A stretch of 40,270 nucleotides of DNA. Source: Octopus bimaculoides. Lineage: Eukaryota. The stretch spans positions 20,986,691 to 21,026,960 of the forward strand of contig NC_068984.1 of NCBI RefSeq assembly GCF_001194135.2, in the 5' to 3' direction. How positions within the stretch are numbered: the first letter of the stretch is position 1; each line of letters opens with the position of its first letter. This document shows positions 11,254 to 21,750 of this stretch, in pieces. A program made the position numbers and the translations under genes. The notes under the pieces were generated by a model. That model saw nothing but the letters and a program-made list of their open reading frames with translations. It searched no databases and was not told the origin of the DNA.

Positions 11254-11438
11254 AGATGCTTAGCGGCATTTCGTTTGGCTTCAAGATTAGAGTTCAAATT
11301 CCGCTAGGGTCGACTTCGCCTTTCATTTTGGGTCGTTGAAGTAAGCATCAGTCGAACACTGGAGCCGATGTAATCAACTAGCACCCCTCCTCCACCCAAA
11401 TTTCAGACCGTGCGCCTATAGTGGGAATGATTATTATT
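11254..11438 (+). mobile_element. SINE (family C) with Nin/Deu-like central domain and (TTA) tail
   Basis: B-box-like GAGTTCAAATTCC, then GGTCGACTTCGCCTTTCATTTTGGGTCGTTGAAGTAAGCATCAG (resembles the Nin-domain CCTTTCATCC...GGTCGATAAAATAAGTACCAG), ending GATTATTATT. Confidence 0.65.
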
Positions 11439-11461
11439 TGACCCTGTGGCTAATTAAAGAA

Positions 11462-12014
11462 ATCATCATCATCATTGTCGTCACTGAATGAAAGATCAGC
11501 GCATGCCATAAAAGTGACGCTGGGATAAAATGTACAAAGCCCAATATACCCATCATGACTACCCGTTTCATAAGAGTACACCAAGCACATGCACCACAAC
11601 CATATGTGCATGACATGGTGACTTCATATCAAGATAAACAGCGCATGACCTTGCAGGTGAGGCCCAGTTAGAATTTTCTTCAGGTCGAGTAGCCCATCCC
11701 GTTCGAAAGGTTCCTGCATAAGGGTTGTTTAAGGATGGTGAACGAAGCACTCATGTTTCTAGAAATGAATTATCCCCACCACCTGCCAAATTCCCCACTA
11801 CTCCTGCTCGTGATCAGAAATGCACATATCGTCAGCCACTAAAGGACATGCACAATTGGTTATGGTCAAGCAACTGACAAGCGAATCTGTGGTATTGAGC
11901 AGAATATTTATGGTAGTCCATCTTTTATATCAAAAGGAAACATGTACATGATATCACTTCCAATCAGTTAAGATCAGAAGCATGAGAGCCATTGCCTGGT
12001 ACTGCATCAGGGCA
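11462..12014 (-). mobile_element. Non-coding dispersed-repeat-like unit of about 550 bp between (ATC)n and (TTA)n tracts
   Basis: GC-richer block with no ORF, bounded by trinucleotide tracts and abutting the Dong 3' tail. Its repeat status is recalled from octopus sequence and not verified. Confidence 0.4.
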
Positions 12015-13425
12015 TTTATTATTATTATTACTGTCACTACTTTCATTATCATCTGCTTTCAATTCTGTTTCCATTTCTTGCCGAGTGTCCTCCTGACACC
12101 TAGGGCGAAGAAACGCACTGTATATAATGGTAGGCCATTAAAATAAACACACCTGATTGCTCATTTACAAAGTCATGTGGTAGAGAAAAAGGAGAAGAAA
12201 GACAGAGAGAAAAAGGAAACAACAAATAATAAAAAAGTAAACAAAGAAAATAAAAGGGAAAAAGGGAAAGTGAATTCACAGTGACAATGCGCTTCTCAAT
12301 ACGTGTGATATACCTGTTTAAACAATCTTTTGCACTTCCTGCATGGACGGTAAGCCAGAGATCATTCTTAGATAATTTTCATTTCCTTTTTTGATCATTC
12401 CAAGTGCTCCTACAATCACTGGTATTGTAACCGTCTTGAGATGCCTCATCTTTTTGATTTCGATTAGCAAATCTTTGTTTTCTGAGCTTATCAAATTCTT
12501 TTGCCAAGATATTATTGTTACAAGGTATGCTCACGTCAATCAATAAACAGACTTTATTGCTTTAGTCTTTCACTACAATATCTGGTTTATTAGCTTTGAT
12601 GGTCCGGTCTGTACATACTGGGAAGTCCAAAAGAATAGTTACATTTTCTACTTCAGTTACAGCCTCAGGGTGGTGCTCGTACCATTTGTCAGCAGTTTTG
12701 ATTTTATAATACCGATACATTATCCGATGTAGATATTGGCCAACTCTGCCATGTCTTCATTTGTACCCTACAGCGCTAAAACTTTACACCCAGAGATTAG
12801 GTGGTGGACTGTTTCAATCCCATCATTGCAATATCGGCACTCCGTGTTTACAACATTTTTCATCACATTGGCTTGATAGTTGAGCTGCTAAGACAAAGCC
12901 TTCACTCTCTGCCTTTAGCCCTGAGCTCTGTAGCTACTAAAAGGTGTGCTTCTGGTCTACATCAGCTTGTTTGCTACGGGCCACATATTTGCCATGCAGA
13001 GGTTTTTGTTCCCACCTATCAGCTAATTGTTCAAACGCATTTTGCTTTGCCATTGATTTCTCCTTCTTTGCAACTACAACTGCCGCACTTCCATCATGCT
13101 GTTCAACCTGGGTATTATGCATAAACCCACTTGAAAATTTTTTACTCTTCTTCATACGTCTTTCGTAGTTTTCAACGAGCTTTAGCATCCAGTCATTAGC
13201 TGTTTCAAGATATTTTGCCAGTCCAATTGAGGTAGTTTTGTAAAAGATTTCAAATTGGATCAAGCTTCGACCTCCTTGAGCTCTGGGTAGGTAAAGACGA
13301 TCTACGTCTGCCTTTGGATGGTGCATATTATTGCAAGTCAGCAGTTTACGGATTTTCCTATCAATCTTCCTTATTTCGCTCGTATTCCAGTTCAACACAT
13401 TGAAACTGTAAATAACAACCGGAAG
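12015..13425 (-). mobile_element. 5'-truncated R4/Dong-clade retrotransposon (RT thumb, CCHC knuckle, restriction-like endonuclease, 3' UTR, TAA tail)
   Basis: LPVVIYSFNVLNWNTSEIRKIDRKIRK..HPKADVDRLYLPRAQGG..WEQKPLHGKY..CRYCNDGIETVHHLISGC..RHGRVG..KANKPDIVVKD*..LIDVSIP..KEFDKL..PVIVGALG..LRSALSL* (stop at 12276-12278). A T-rich UTR follows, then (TAA)n at 12015-12030. Confidence 0.92.
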
Positions 13426-14229
13426 TGAGAGAGCAGCACGCTACACCAAGGTTCTTTCTCCAGTCATATTATTATTTACGTTTTCGATAAAGAGAATTGA
13501 TCGAAGTTTTTAATGTTGACCCTAAATGAAACAGTATGGTTGACGAGAGACTGTATCTGTACGAAAGTAGTGTGTAACTAGTTACTTAAGAGCAGTAGTA
13601 GCGATCATTTTGGAAGAGTGAAGATGCAGTCTGTTGGGGATGTGAGTGGCACATGATCTTTTTTAGATGGGGGTCAGTTTGTGCGTGTATATAGAGCAGC
13701 ATCACTGTTCCAGATGTCTGACGGGTATACCATTGTTGGTCTTGCTTGAGCCTGGCAGAAAGTTAGAAGCTATTCTTACTGAAATATTTTCTGAGACTGA
13801 TGATAAAAAAATACTGTTTTGGATGCAGGTTTTCATATATCATATATATTTAAAGCATGAGTTATTAAAAATATAATAAAATATAATTAATCATTGGCTA
13901 TTTTGTTGTTGAGGTTGTTGTTGCTGTTCAGTTGTCTCTCACCGCAGAATTATTTGTAGTTAGCATTTAAAATTCTCCATGCATTAAATACCTTGACACT
14001 AACATACTTTTACCTTTGTCGATAATCAAAATAGGCTTAAATATTTCTGCGACTGACCATATATCGTTGTCTGCTTGCCAGAAGTTCTTTATTTATGCTA
14101 TGAACTATAAAGCAACGAGATCACCTAATATCAAATGTTTACCTCCGCCGCTTCATTCCTTTCAATCGAGACACAGAAACACACGCAAAAAACTTCAGCA
14201 AAAAATAAAGAAGGCTTGGAGGCGATTCG

Positions 14230-14504
14230 TTATTCCACACACGCACACACACACACACAAGTACATAGACACACAGACACAGACAGACAGACACATATGC
14301 GCGCGCGCACACAAACACACACAAACACACACAAACACACACACACACACACACACGCACACACACACACACAGCTCATATCAAATAAAAGAAAAGAAAA
14401 ACAAAAGCAGAAAATATGCTGAACAACGAAATCGATAAAGACAGACTTAAGCAAAACGACAATACGAACGTTAAAAATAAAAAAAAAACAAATAAATAAA
14501 CAAA

Positions 14505-14543
<39 letters not shown>

Positions 14544-14545
14544 AT
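14230..14545. repeat. (CA)n-derived and (AAAT)n microsatellites
   Basis: Directly visible. Confidence 0.9.
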
Positions 14546-14724
14546 ACGTAAGGCACCACATATTCTATACAGTATTTCTGTCAAGGTTTGCTACTGCACA
14601 CATTAGCAATGCAAGGCGTGGGCGTTACTAGCTGTACGTTATACATCACATTACAACAGTGAGTGCTGTGTAATTGATGAACTGGAAATATTTTCAGCAA
14701 CAGCTGTGCAGGTTTCACGTGTGG

Positions 14725-15195
<471 letters not shown>

Positions 15196-15198
15196 TGG

Positions 15199-15324
15199 AT
15201 CAAAACAGTTTGATTTAAACTCCTTGGTACTCTGAGTTTCAAGCGTGTCGTTAGTCTTTGGCCGAAGACTAGCGACGCGCTTGAAACTCAGAGTACCAAG
15301 GAGTTTGAATCAAATGGTTTTGAT
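15199..15324. repeat. 126-nt foldback palindrome (60-bp stem)
   Basis: Position i pairs with 30523-i. There is one A.G mismatch and four G.U-compatible pairs on the + strand, centred on GGCC at 15260-15263. Confidence 0.97.
15255..15302 (+). ncRNA. Type I hammerhead ribozyme motif (U4C core variant) inside the foldback
   Basis: Stem I TCTTTGG/CCAAGGA (7 bp), core CCGAAGA, stem II AGCG-acg-CGCT, GAAA, stem III ACTC-a-GAGT, cleavage triplet GUA (A17 at 15295). Confidence 0.65.
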
Positions 15325-15424
15325 GTATACATGTAACTCGCAATAAATGTGATGAGTACCCTTCTTTTGTTTGTCTAGTCACTTGTACATATATTTATAT
15401 ATATAATTAACCCCTCCCCAAGAA

Positions 15425-15600
15425 GCAAAAAACAACACCGCGAGGACGTGGTACTTGCAAAATATTACCAGACGCTCAAGGAAAGAAAGAAAGGTAGTTT
15501 TACGTTTCGAGCAAAGCTGTTCTTCAGAAACAGGAGACAGACGAAAGTCCAAGAGAAAAGGATGACGGAAGAAAAAATCGCCAATGATCCACATGTAGCT
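15425..15600 (-). mobile_element. Solo Penelope-like terminal repeat (pLTR) fragment
   Basis: Shares GACGCTC..TTTTACGTTTCGAGC with 18345-18545 and 32404-32600, and contains an HHR motif. Confidence 0.6.
15497..15531 (-). ncRNA. Minimal type I hammerhead motif, canonical core
   Basis: Minus strand GTTT CTGAAGA ac AGC ttt GCT c GAAAC GT A AAAC, with palindromic ACGT as stem III and a GUA triplet. Confidence 0.65.
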
Positions 15601-15605
15601 ACATT

Positions 15606-15658
<53 letters not shown>

Positions 15659-15676
15659 CATATATACAGATGTGGG

Positions 15677-15723
<47 letters not shown>

Positions 15724-16789
15724 TTACCTGTCTGTCTGTCTGTCTGTCTGTCATAAACAGATTAATGCATACATAATACACGCATATGAAATGATATATT
15801 TATACACATTCATATTTACATTGATATATATTGAAATATGTTCTTAATATACGTAAAGAGCGAATTTAGTGAAAGGAAACATATAGAGAAAGTGGTTAAA
15901 TATTTGAATACATACATGTATATGCAACAACATACAAACAGACAAACATAAATATAGCAAATGAAAAGCCCTCAACCAGTGAGCAGAAGTCCATGTACTG
16001 CTATGTTGCCAGAAATCTTGAAAGTGACAATATAGATAGTCTTGAACCAATCACATTTAAATGAGCTCTCCTTTTGAAGGAGACTACGAATAACGAGAGA
16101 AAATAACTGATGTACAAAAAGAATAGGGAAGCATGCGATAACTGATTCTGGTTCTATAGAGCTAAAACCGAAGAAGTCGCCTATATCATAAGTAACTGTC
16201 TGAAAACGTCATCATGATACTAACTACTTCGGAGGCTTGATGCCGTTTTCAAACTAATATATAAGATAATCCGTAGATATGATTATCCTGAAGATAAAAA
16301 TATAAGAATTACATAAATGAAGAGAGTATACTCATAATATGAACAAATACTTATTTAATGCTTTTTTTCAAAATCTCTTTAAAATAGAAGCCTAACAGAC
16401 CAGACATAATGATTTGGGATATAAAAATGAAAGTGTGCACAACTGTAGAAATTGGTTGTCAAAAAAAAAAAAAAAAAAGGTGGCACAAAGTTTAAAAATA
16501 AGTATAAAAAAGAAAACGTAGGATTAATGAAAAATTTTCAGATACTTCATCCGGACTGTAACTTTAGATTTATACTTCTAATTATTGGAGCACCTAGTTA
16601 TGTAAGTAACTGCTTCAAATTTGTCTACATACATATTGACATGATGATGGTGGGGAAGGGATGACGACGCCACCACCGACGACAATGATGAGGATCGTGG
16701 AGACTGTGATGATCTTTCGTAGTCCGAGAAAGACGGTTCTGTAATTTTTTTGCCGAACAGCCTGCAGAAATTATTTGTTTATAGTAATC

Positions 16790-17003
16790 AAATGTTTGTA
16801 CTCAGCATTAGCTCAGCCCCTGCATCAAATCAACGTTGCCTGAACAAGTGCACGGTGTATTACACGTCAGGTGTTGAAGTGATCACAGAGCAACGTGAGA
16901 TGAATTGTTTTGCTGAAGAACACAACGCACCACCCAGTTCAGGAATTAAAACCCCGTTCTTGCGATCGTGGATGCAACAACCTAATCACTAGGACATGCG
17001 CCT
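16790..17003 (-). mobile_element. tRNA-derived SINE (family B)
   Basis: The minus strand starts GGCGCATGTCCTAGTGATTAGG, has a degraded B box, then GCGTTGTGTTCTTCAGCAAAAC..TCACGTTGCT. Homologous to 3075-3185. Confidence 0.7.
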
Positions 17004-17668
17004 TTATTACATATTGACATATACCACGTATGTATATGTATACATATAAATCAAAGTATACTGATTCATATGTACAATGCAAGCATACATACGCACACAT
17101 ACATACATACATACGTATATCATGGAACCATAAAATATAGATTATGTCGCATATACATATACACATATATTAAAACACACACACACACACATATTTTTGT
17201 ATATATATATATGTATATGGGGGTTTAGTTCACAGGTGATCTAAACGATTAGGTACGCTAAACAAGATAAGGACAAATATCCATCAACTGTAAATAATGT
17301 AAATAATGTAAATAAGTTAGTAGGTAAACTCTCCCTCGCATTCATACATATTCTTTCATTTACCCATATACAAAGTAGTAAATTTGGTCTTATATACATA
17401 TACGCACATGTATCTAGATATGCACACATACACACTTACGTTCTTACTATTTTTACTATTTACATTATTAATATACGCAGATTTCAAAGTCTAACCTACA
17501 TGCAAAGTTGAGTATATAATTATCTTTATACACACACGTATCTATTTATGTATACAAACATATATACTTCTTACACGCATTCTCACTATTAAAAAAAGAA
17601 CTACCGAAACAATTACCATATAATAAAATAAAATAAATAAGCAGATTCCATCGATAAAGTTCTAGATA

Positions 17669-18170
17669 TTAGTTGTTTTTATCAAACTGAAAAAATGAGC
17701 ATTTTAACCTGTGGTTGCATCTAGTAACTATTTCAGGGTACCTATTTTTAAGTTTATCTGTACACATTAAAATACATAGTGCCTCCCCAGTACAGAGATT
17801 AAATGATTTTGAAAAGATATTGCACGGTATACATTTTTTTTTATCACCGTCCATGTTATACTATATTGTACTTTTCCTTCCTTTTAATTCCAGATCAGGT
17901 CAGCGAGTGACGTGCAGTATCTCTTGTTAATGCTTTTAAACGTCACAAGATTACAATATCGATCATTGAAGTAACACGCGGTTGCACCAACATATACAAA
18001 TGCATCTGCTGTACATTTGTATATCACGTTTTTATGAAGGCATATATTTCCCGGAGGATAGGCGTCCCTGTTTTTAGAATTACATTTCTTTATCACATTA
18101 TTTTCTAGTCCATAACTACTAGTTTTCTCTTACAGTTCTATATTTAAGAGATGAGGGATTATTTACATTA
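17669..18170 (-). mobile_element. Penelope-like element GIY-YIG endonuclease relic (family 1)
   Basis: KCNSKNRDAYPPGNICLHKNVIYKCTADAFVYVGAT..FNDRY..TSLADLIWN*KEGKVQYSITWTVIKK/CIPCNIFSKSFNLCTGEALCIL..LKNRYPEIVTRCNHRLK, with stops and frameshifts. Confidence 0.85.
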
Positions 18171-18184
18171 TTTACATTATTTAC

Positions 18185-18250
18185 ATTTGACGGATATTTG
18201 TCCTCATCTTGTTTGTTGTTAACACAACGTTTCGGCTGATATACCCTCCA
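18185..18250 (-). mobile_element. Truncated pLTR fragment with half hammerhead
   Basis: The minus strand reads ..GGAGGGTATATCAGCC GAAAC GT T GTG.., and the CUGANGA half is missing beyond 18250. Confidence 0.45.
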
Positions 18251-18344
18251 CGGGCATATGGCGTAGAAACCAGCTCCTTCTTTCACGAAGATTTCAAATA
18301 ATTAAAAATAGAGAACATGTATATGCGCGCGCGCACGCGTGTGT

Positions 18345-18545
18345 ATATATAGTTGAAATTTATAGAAAAACAAAAGACGAAGACAAGCATATGAACAACA
18401 AACAAGTGTATTGGTTTGACGCTCGGGAAATATGAAAACGTCTTTTTACATTTCGAGTCTACGCTCTTCAACAGAAAAGAATAAGTGGAAATAAAAAGAG
18501 AGAGAATGAAAAAAAAAAACGTGTAGAGTTCAGCGGTCCAGCATG
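18345..18545 (-). mobile_element. Solo pLTR of the family-2 Penelope-like element
   Basis: Colinear with 32404-32600 (AAAACAAAAGACGAAGAC..ACGCTCGGGAA..TTCGAG.CTACGCTCTTCAACAG). Confidence 0.75.
18441..18480 (-). ncRNA. Hammerhead motif with CUGUUGA core (A6U)
   Basis: Minus strand TCTTTT CTGTTGA a GAG-cgtaga-CTC GAAAT GT A AAAAGA, with a 6-bp stem I. Confidence 0.5.
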
Positions 18546-18658
18546 GCGAATGTACATACATATATATACATACATACATACATACATACATAAAAAATTA
18601 ACAGAATGAGATGAAAATCCAAGGCTGTGAAAGATTTCAGAACATTGATAAATAGAAG

Positions 18659-18706
18659 GCCTTACAGCTGTTTCAGGGATATTTTATATATCCCTTCATC
18701 GGAGAC
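18659..18706 (-). ncRNA. Hammerhead motif with CCGAUGA core (U4C) and 8-bp stem II
   Basis: Minus strand GTCT CCGATGA AGGGATAT-ataaa-ATATCCCT GAAAC agct GT A AGGC, with palindromic stem III ACAGCTGT. Confidence 0.65.
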
Positions 18707-20191
18707 GGTGTGAGAAAATGGTTAAGCAATAGTTATTCTAGATAAGATATGAAATAGAGAGTGAAGTGGAGGAATGAAAATAGACGTGATATATGCAGGG
18801 ATATTGTATCTGCAGGTCCATTATTTAGGCAGAATGATATATATATATATTCCTATGGTATATATAGTCAGCATTACCTGACACCTTTGGGTCTTATTGA
18901 AACATTTCCTCTCATAACCTATATATATATAAGATTCCTGAACCTTGTGAGTAAGTTCCAATAGTATTTAAAATTGGTCATTCCAAGCATAGAGTTTGTA
19001 AACGGTGTTATTGAATCGAGGGTTTGTTTTGAAGTGACTTAAAAGTTGGGAATGTGTTTGTAAGGTCAAATCAAAAACAGGAAGAGAGGAAAAAAGAAAA
19101 GAAAAAAAAAATGAAAAGCGGGGAGAGAGATAATAAAGAAATGAAGAGAGGGAAAGTGTACTGGTTAGTGTTCTGAAATTTTTCACAGTCTTGGATTTTT
19201 ATCTCATTCTGTNNNNNNNNNNNNNNNNNNNNNNNNNNNNNNNNNNNNNNNNNNNNNNNNNNNNNNNNNNNNNNNNNNNNNNNNNNNNNNNNNNNNNNNN
19301 NNNNNNNNNNNNNNNNNNNNNNNNNNNNNNNNNNNNNNNNNNNNNNNNNNNNNNNNNNNNNNNNNNNNNNNNNNNNNNNNNNNNNNNNNNNNNNNNNNNN
19401 NNNNNNNNNNNNNNNNNNNNNNNNNNNNNNNNNNNNNNNNNNNNNNNNNNNNNNNNNNNNNNNNNNNNNNNNNNNNNNNNNNNNNNNNNNNNNNNNNNNN
19501 NNNNNNNNNNNNNNNNNNNNNNNNNNNNNNNNNNNNNNNNNNNNNNNNNNNNNNNNNNNNNNNNNNNNNNNNNNNNNNNNNNNNNNNNNNNNNNNNNNNN
19601 NNNNNNNNNNNNNNNNNNNNNNNNNNNNNNNNNNNNNNNNNNNNNNNNNNNNNNNNNNNNNNNNNNNNNNNNNNNNNNNNNNNNNNNNTATATATATATA
19701 TATATATATGTACATATATATATATGTATATATATGTGTGTGTGCATATACACACACGCACACACATTCATGAATCAAGGCATATTGGTTCATATTATAC
19801 AAACCATGCACATAAATATATGTTTACATGTACATATGTGATCAGCAGCATTCCTAAATTATTCACTTATTACTTCTCATTGTAGCATGTTCAAGCTAAA
19901 GCAATATACGATGCTATCCACAAGATAACTATAAGACTGTTTTTGCCAAGTGTAAACACAAAAAGCATGATCCGCTAAAGGAACTGTATTCGCTCGATTA
20001 GCTAGAAATAAAATCTGTCCCTCTTTGAAATTTAGGAAACGAAATGACACTTTGAATAATGTTGACTTACGTATCCCTTAAAGGATAGGATGGCCATCTT
20101 GATTTGGTTGCTTTTAATCATAGATACCGTAAACCCTAAATCAGGTTTGAATTGAGACCAAAGCACAACAACAATAAAAACAAGAACAACA

Positions 20192-20532
20192 GCAGTCAGA
20201 CTAGGAGCGCCCAAATGATTCAAGGTTAGATTCCGATGTCTTTACAACGGACCAATTCTGCAGCCAGCCTAGTAGCGCCCAAATGATTTAAACTTAGATT
20301 CCGATGCCTTTACATGGGACCAATTCTGCAGCCAGCCTAGTAGCGCCCAAATGATTCAAACTTAGATTCCGATGCCTTTACATGGGACCAATTCTGCAGT
20401 CAGACTAGGAGCGCCCAAATGATTCAAGGTTAGATTCCGATGTCTTTACATGAGACCAATTCTGCAGCCAGCCTAGTAGCGCCCAAATGATTCAAACTTA
20501 GATTCCGATGCCTTTACAGGGACCAATTCTGC
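20192..20532. repeat. Tandem array of five 68-bp units (minisatellite)
   Basis: Units start at 20192, 20260, 20328, 20396 and 20464. The last unit is 67 bp. Confidence 0.97.
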
Positions 20533-20919
20533 GGGGTAAAGAGTGGCTATAAGGGGAATCTAGATGAGAGGATATGAAAGCAATTATGCGGATGAACAAA
20601 TTAAATACATCTTGTTTTGATATACAATATCTATTTGTATGTATGTATGTATGTATGTATACACGCAAATAGAAAGAAAGCAAAGACTGAAGACTTTCAT
20701 ACGATGAATATTCAAGTATAAATATATAGATATTGATAGATCAAACTTACGCAGAGTACAAATGACAGATAAAATTAAAGGGTTAAAAAAATAAGCTGTT
20801 TCTGGAGGATCGGAAATCCCTCATAATGCTGGTAGATGAAGTTAACCAGAATATGTAGGGCGCAATGGAAGCAAACAGACATTGGATAAGCCGAGCCTCC
20901 GTCATCAAGTTAGAAAAAA

Positions 20920-21023
20920 ATCTTACACTTCAGATCATGATGCAGAGAAATTTAAAAGTGGAATGTTTAAATCCAAACATTCCACCTTTAAATTTCTCTG
21001 CATCATGATCTGAAGTGTAAGAT
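20920..21023. repeat. 104-nt foldback palindrome (49-bp stem, 6-nt loop, one mismatch)
   Basis: 20920-20968 pairs with 20975-21023. The loop is AAATCC and the single mismatch is A20957/C20986. Confidence 0.97.
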
Positions 21024-21059
21024 AACGCAACGTTTCTGTAACACTGGGGATACCCGCAT

Positions 21060-21323
21060 GCATGCATGCATACATACATATTTACATATATACATACAAA
21101 TGTGTGTGTGCGCGTGTGTGTATGCGCGCGTGTGTGTGCGCGCGTGTGTGTGCGCGCGTGTGTGTGTGTGTGTGCGCGCATTCATATGTGTGTGTATGTG
21201 TATATGATCATATATGTGTGTGTAAATATTTCCATATACAACTGTCTATCTATCTATCTATCTATCTATCTATCGATCGATCGATCGATCTACGTATCTA
21301 CCTGTCTTTCTGTCGGTGCTCCT

Positions 21324-21358
<35 letters not shown>

Positions 21359-21462
21359 TATACATATTCATACATTTGCATATATATGCGTATATATGTA
21401 TATGTATATACATACATACATACACATACATATATATATATATGTATATACACACACACACA

Positions 21463-21495
<33 letters not shown>

Positions 21496-21750
21496 CAATA
21501 GAGAGAGAGAGGGGGAGAAAGAAATAATAGATAGATAAAAGTACATATGTATATGTGTATGTGTATATCCATAAACATATATACCTACACACACACTCAT
21601 ATACATACATACATACATACATACATACATACATACAGATATATATATAAATACATATGAATACATGTATTTAAATCTGTGTGTGTGTGCGTGTATTAGC
21701 ATATGTATATAATTGTATGTGCATGTATATGTATAAACACACATATACAT
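21060..21750. repeat. Large compound microsatellite field (CATG, TG/CG, TATC, GATC, TC, CA, TA, GA, TACA)
   Basis: Directly visible. Confidence 0.95.

Noticed and set aside
9200-13425. One Dong element split by insertions (the RT piece ends at AVPVL, where the other piece begins at LPVV)
   Set aside because: On the minus strand the C-terminal piece lies upstream of the RT piece, which is the wrong order. They are probably separate copies.
13425-13460. Similarity of the Dong 5' junction (GCTGCTCTCTCACT, minus strand) to the end of the 550-bp unit
   Set aside because: Only about 14 nt with three mismatches, which is compatible with chance.
17870-17970. Splice acceptor (pyrimidine tract plus CAG) and possible host exon on +
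   Set aside because: It is fully explained as the antisense of the Penelope GIY-YIG relic, and the + frame stops quickly.
20192-20532. CRISPR-like array
   Set aside because: The units are contiguous with no unique spacers, there are no cas genes, and the context is eukaryotic.
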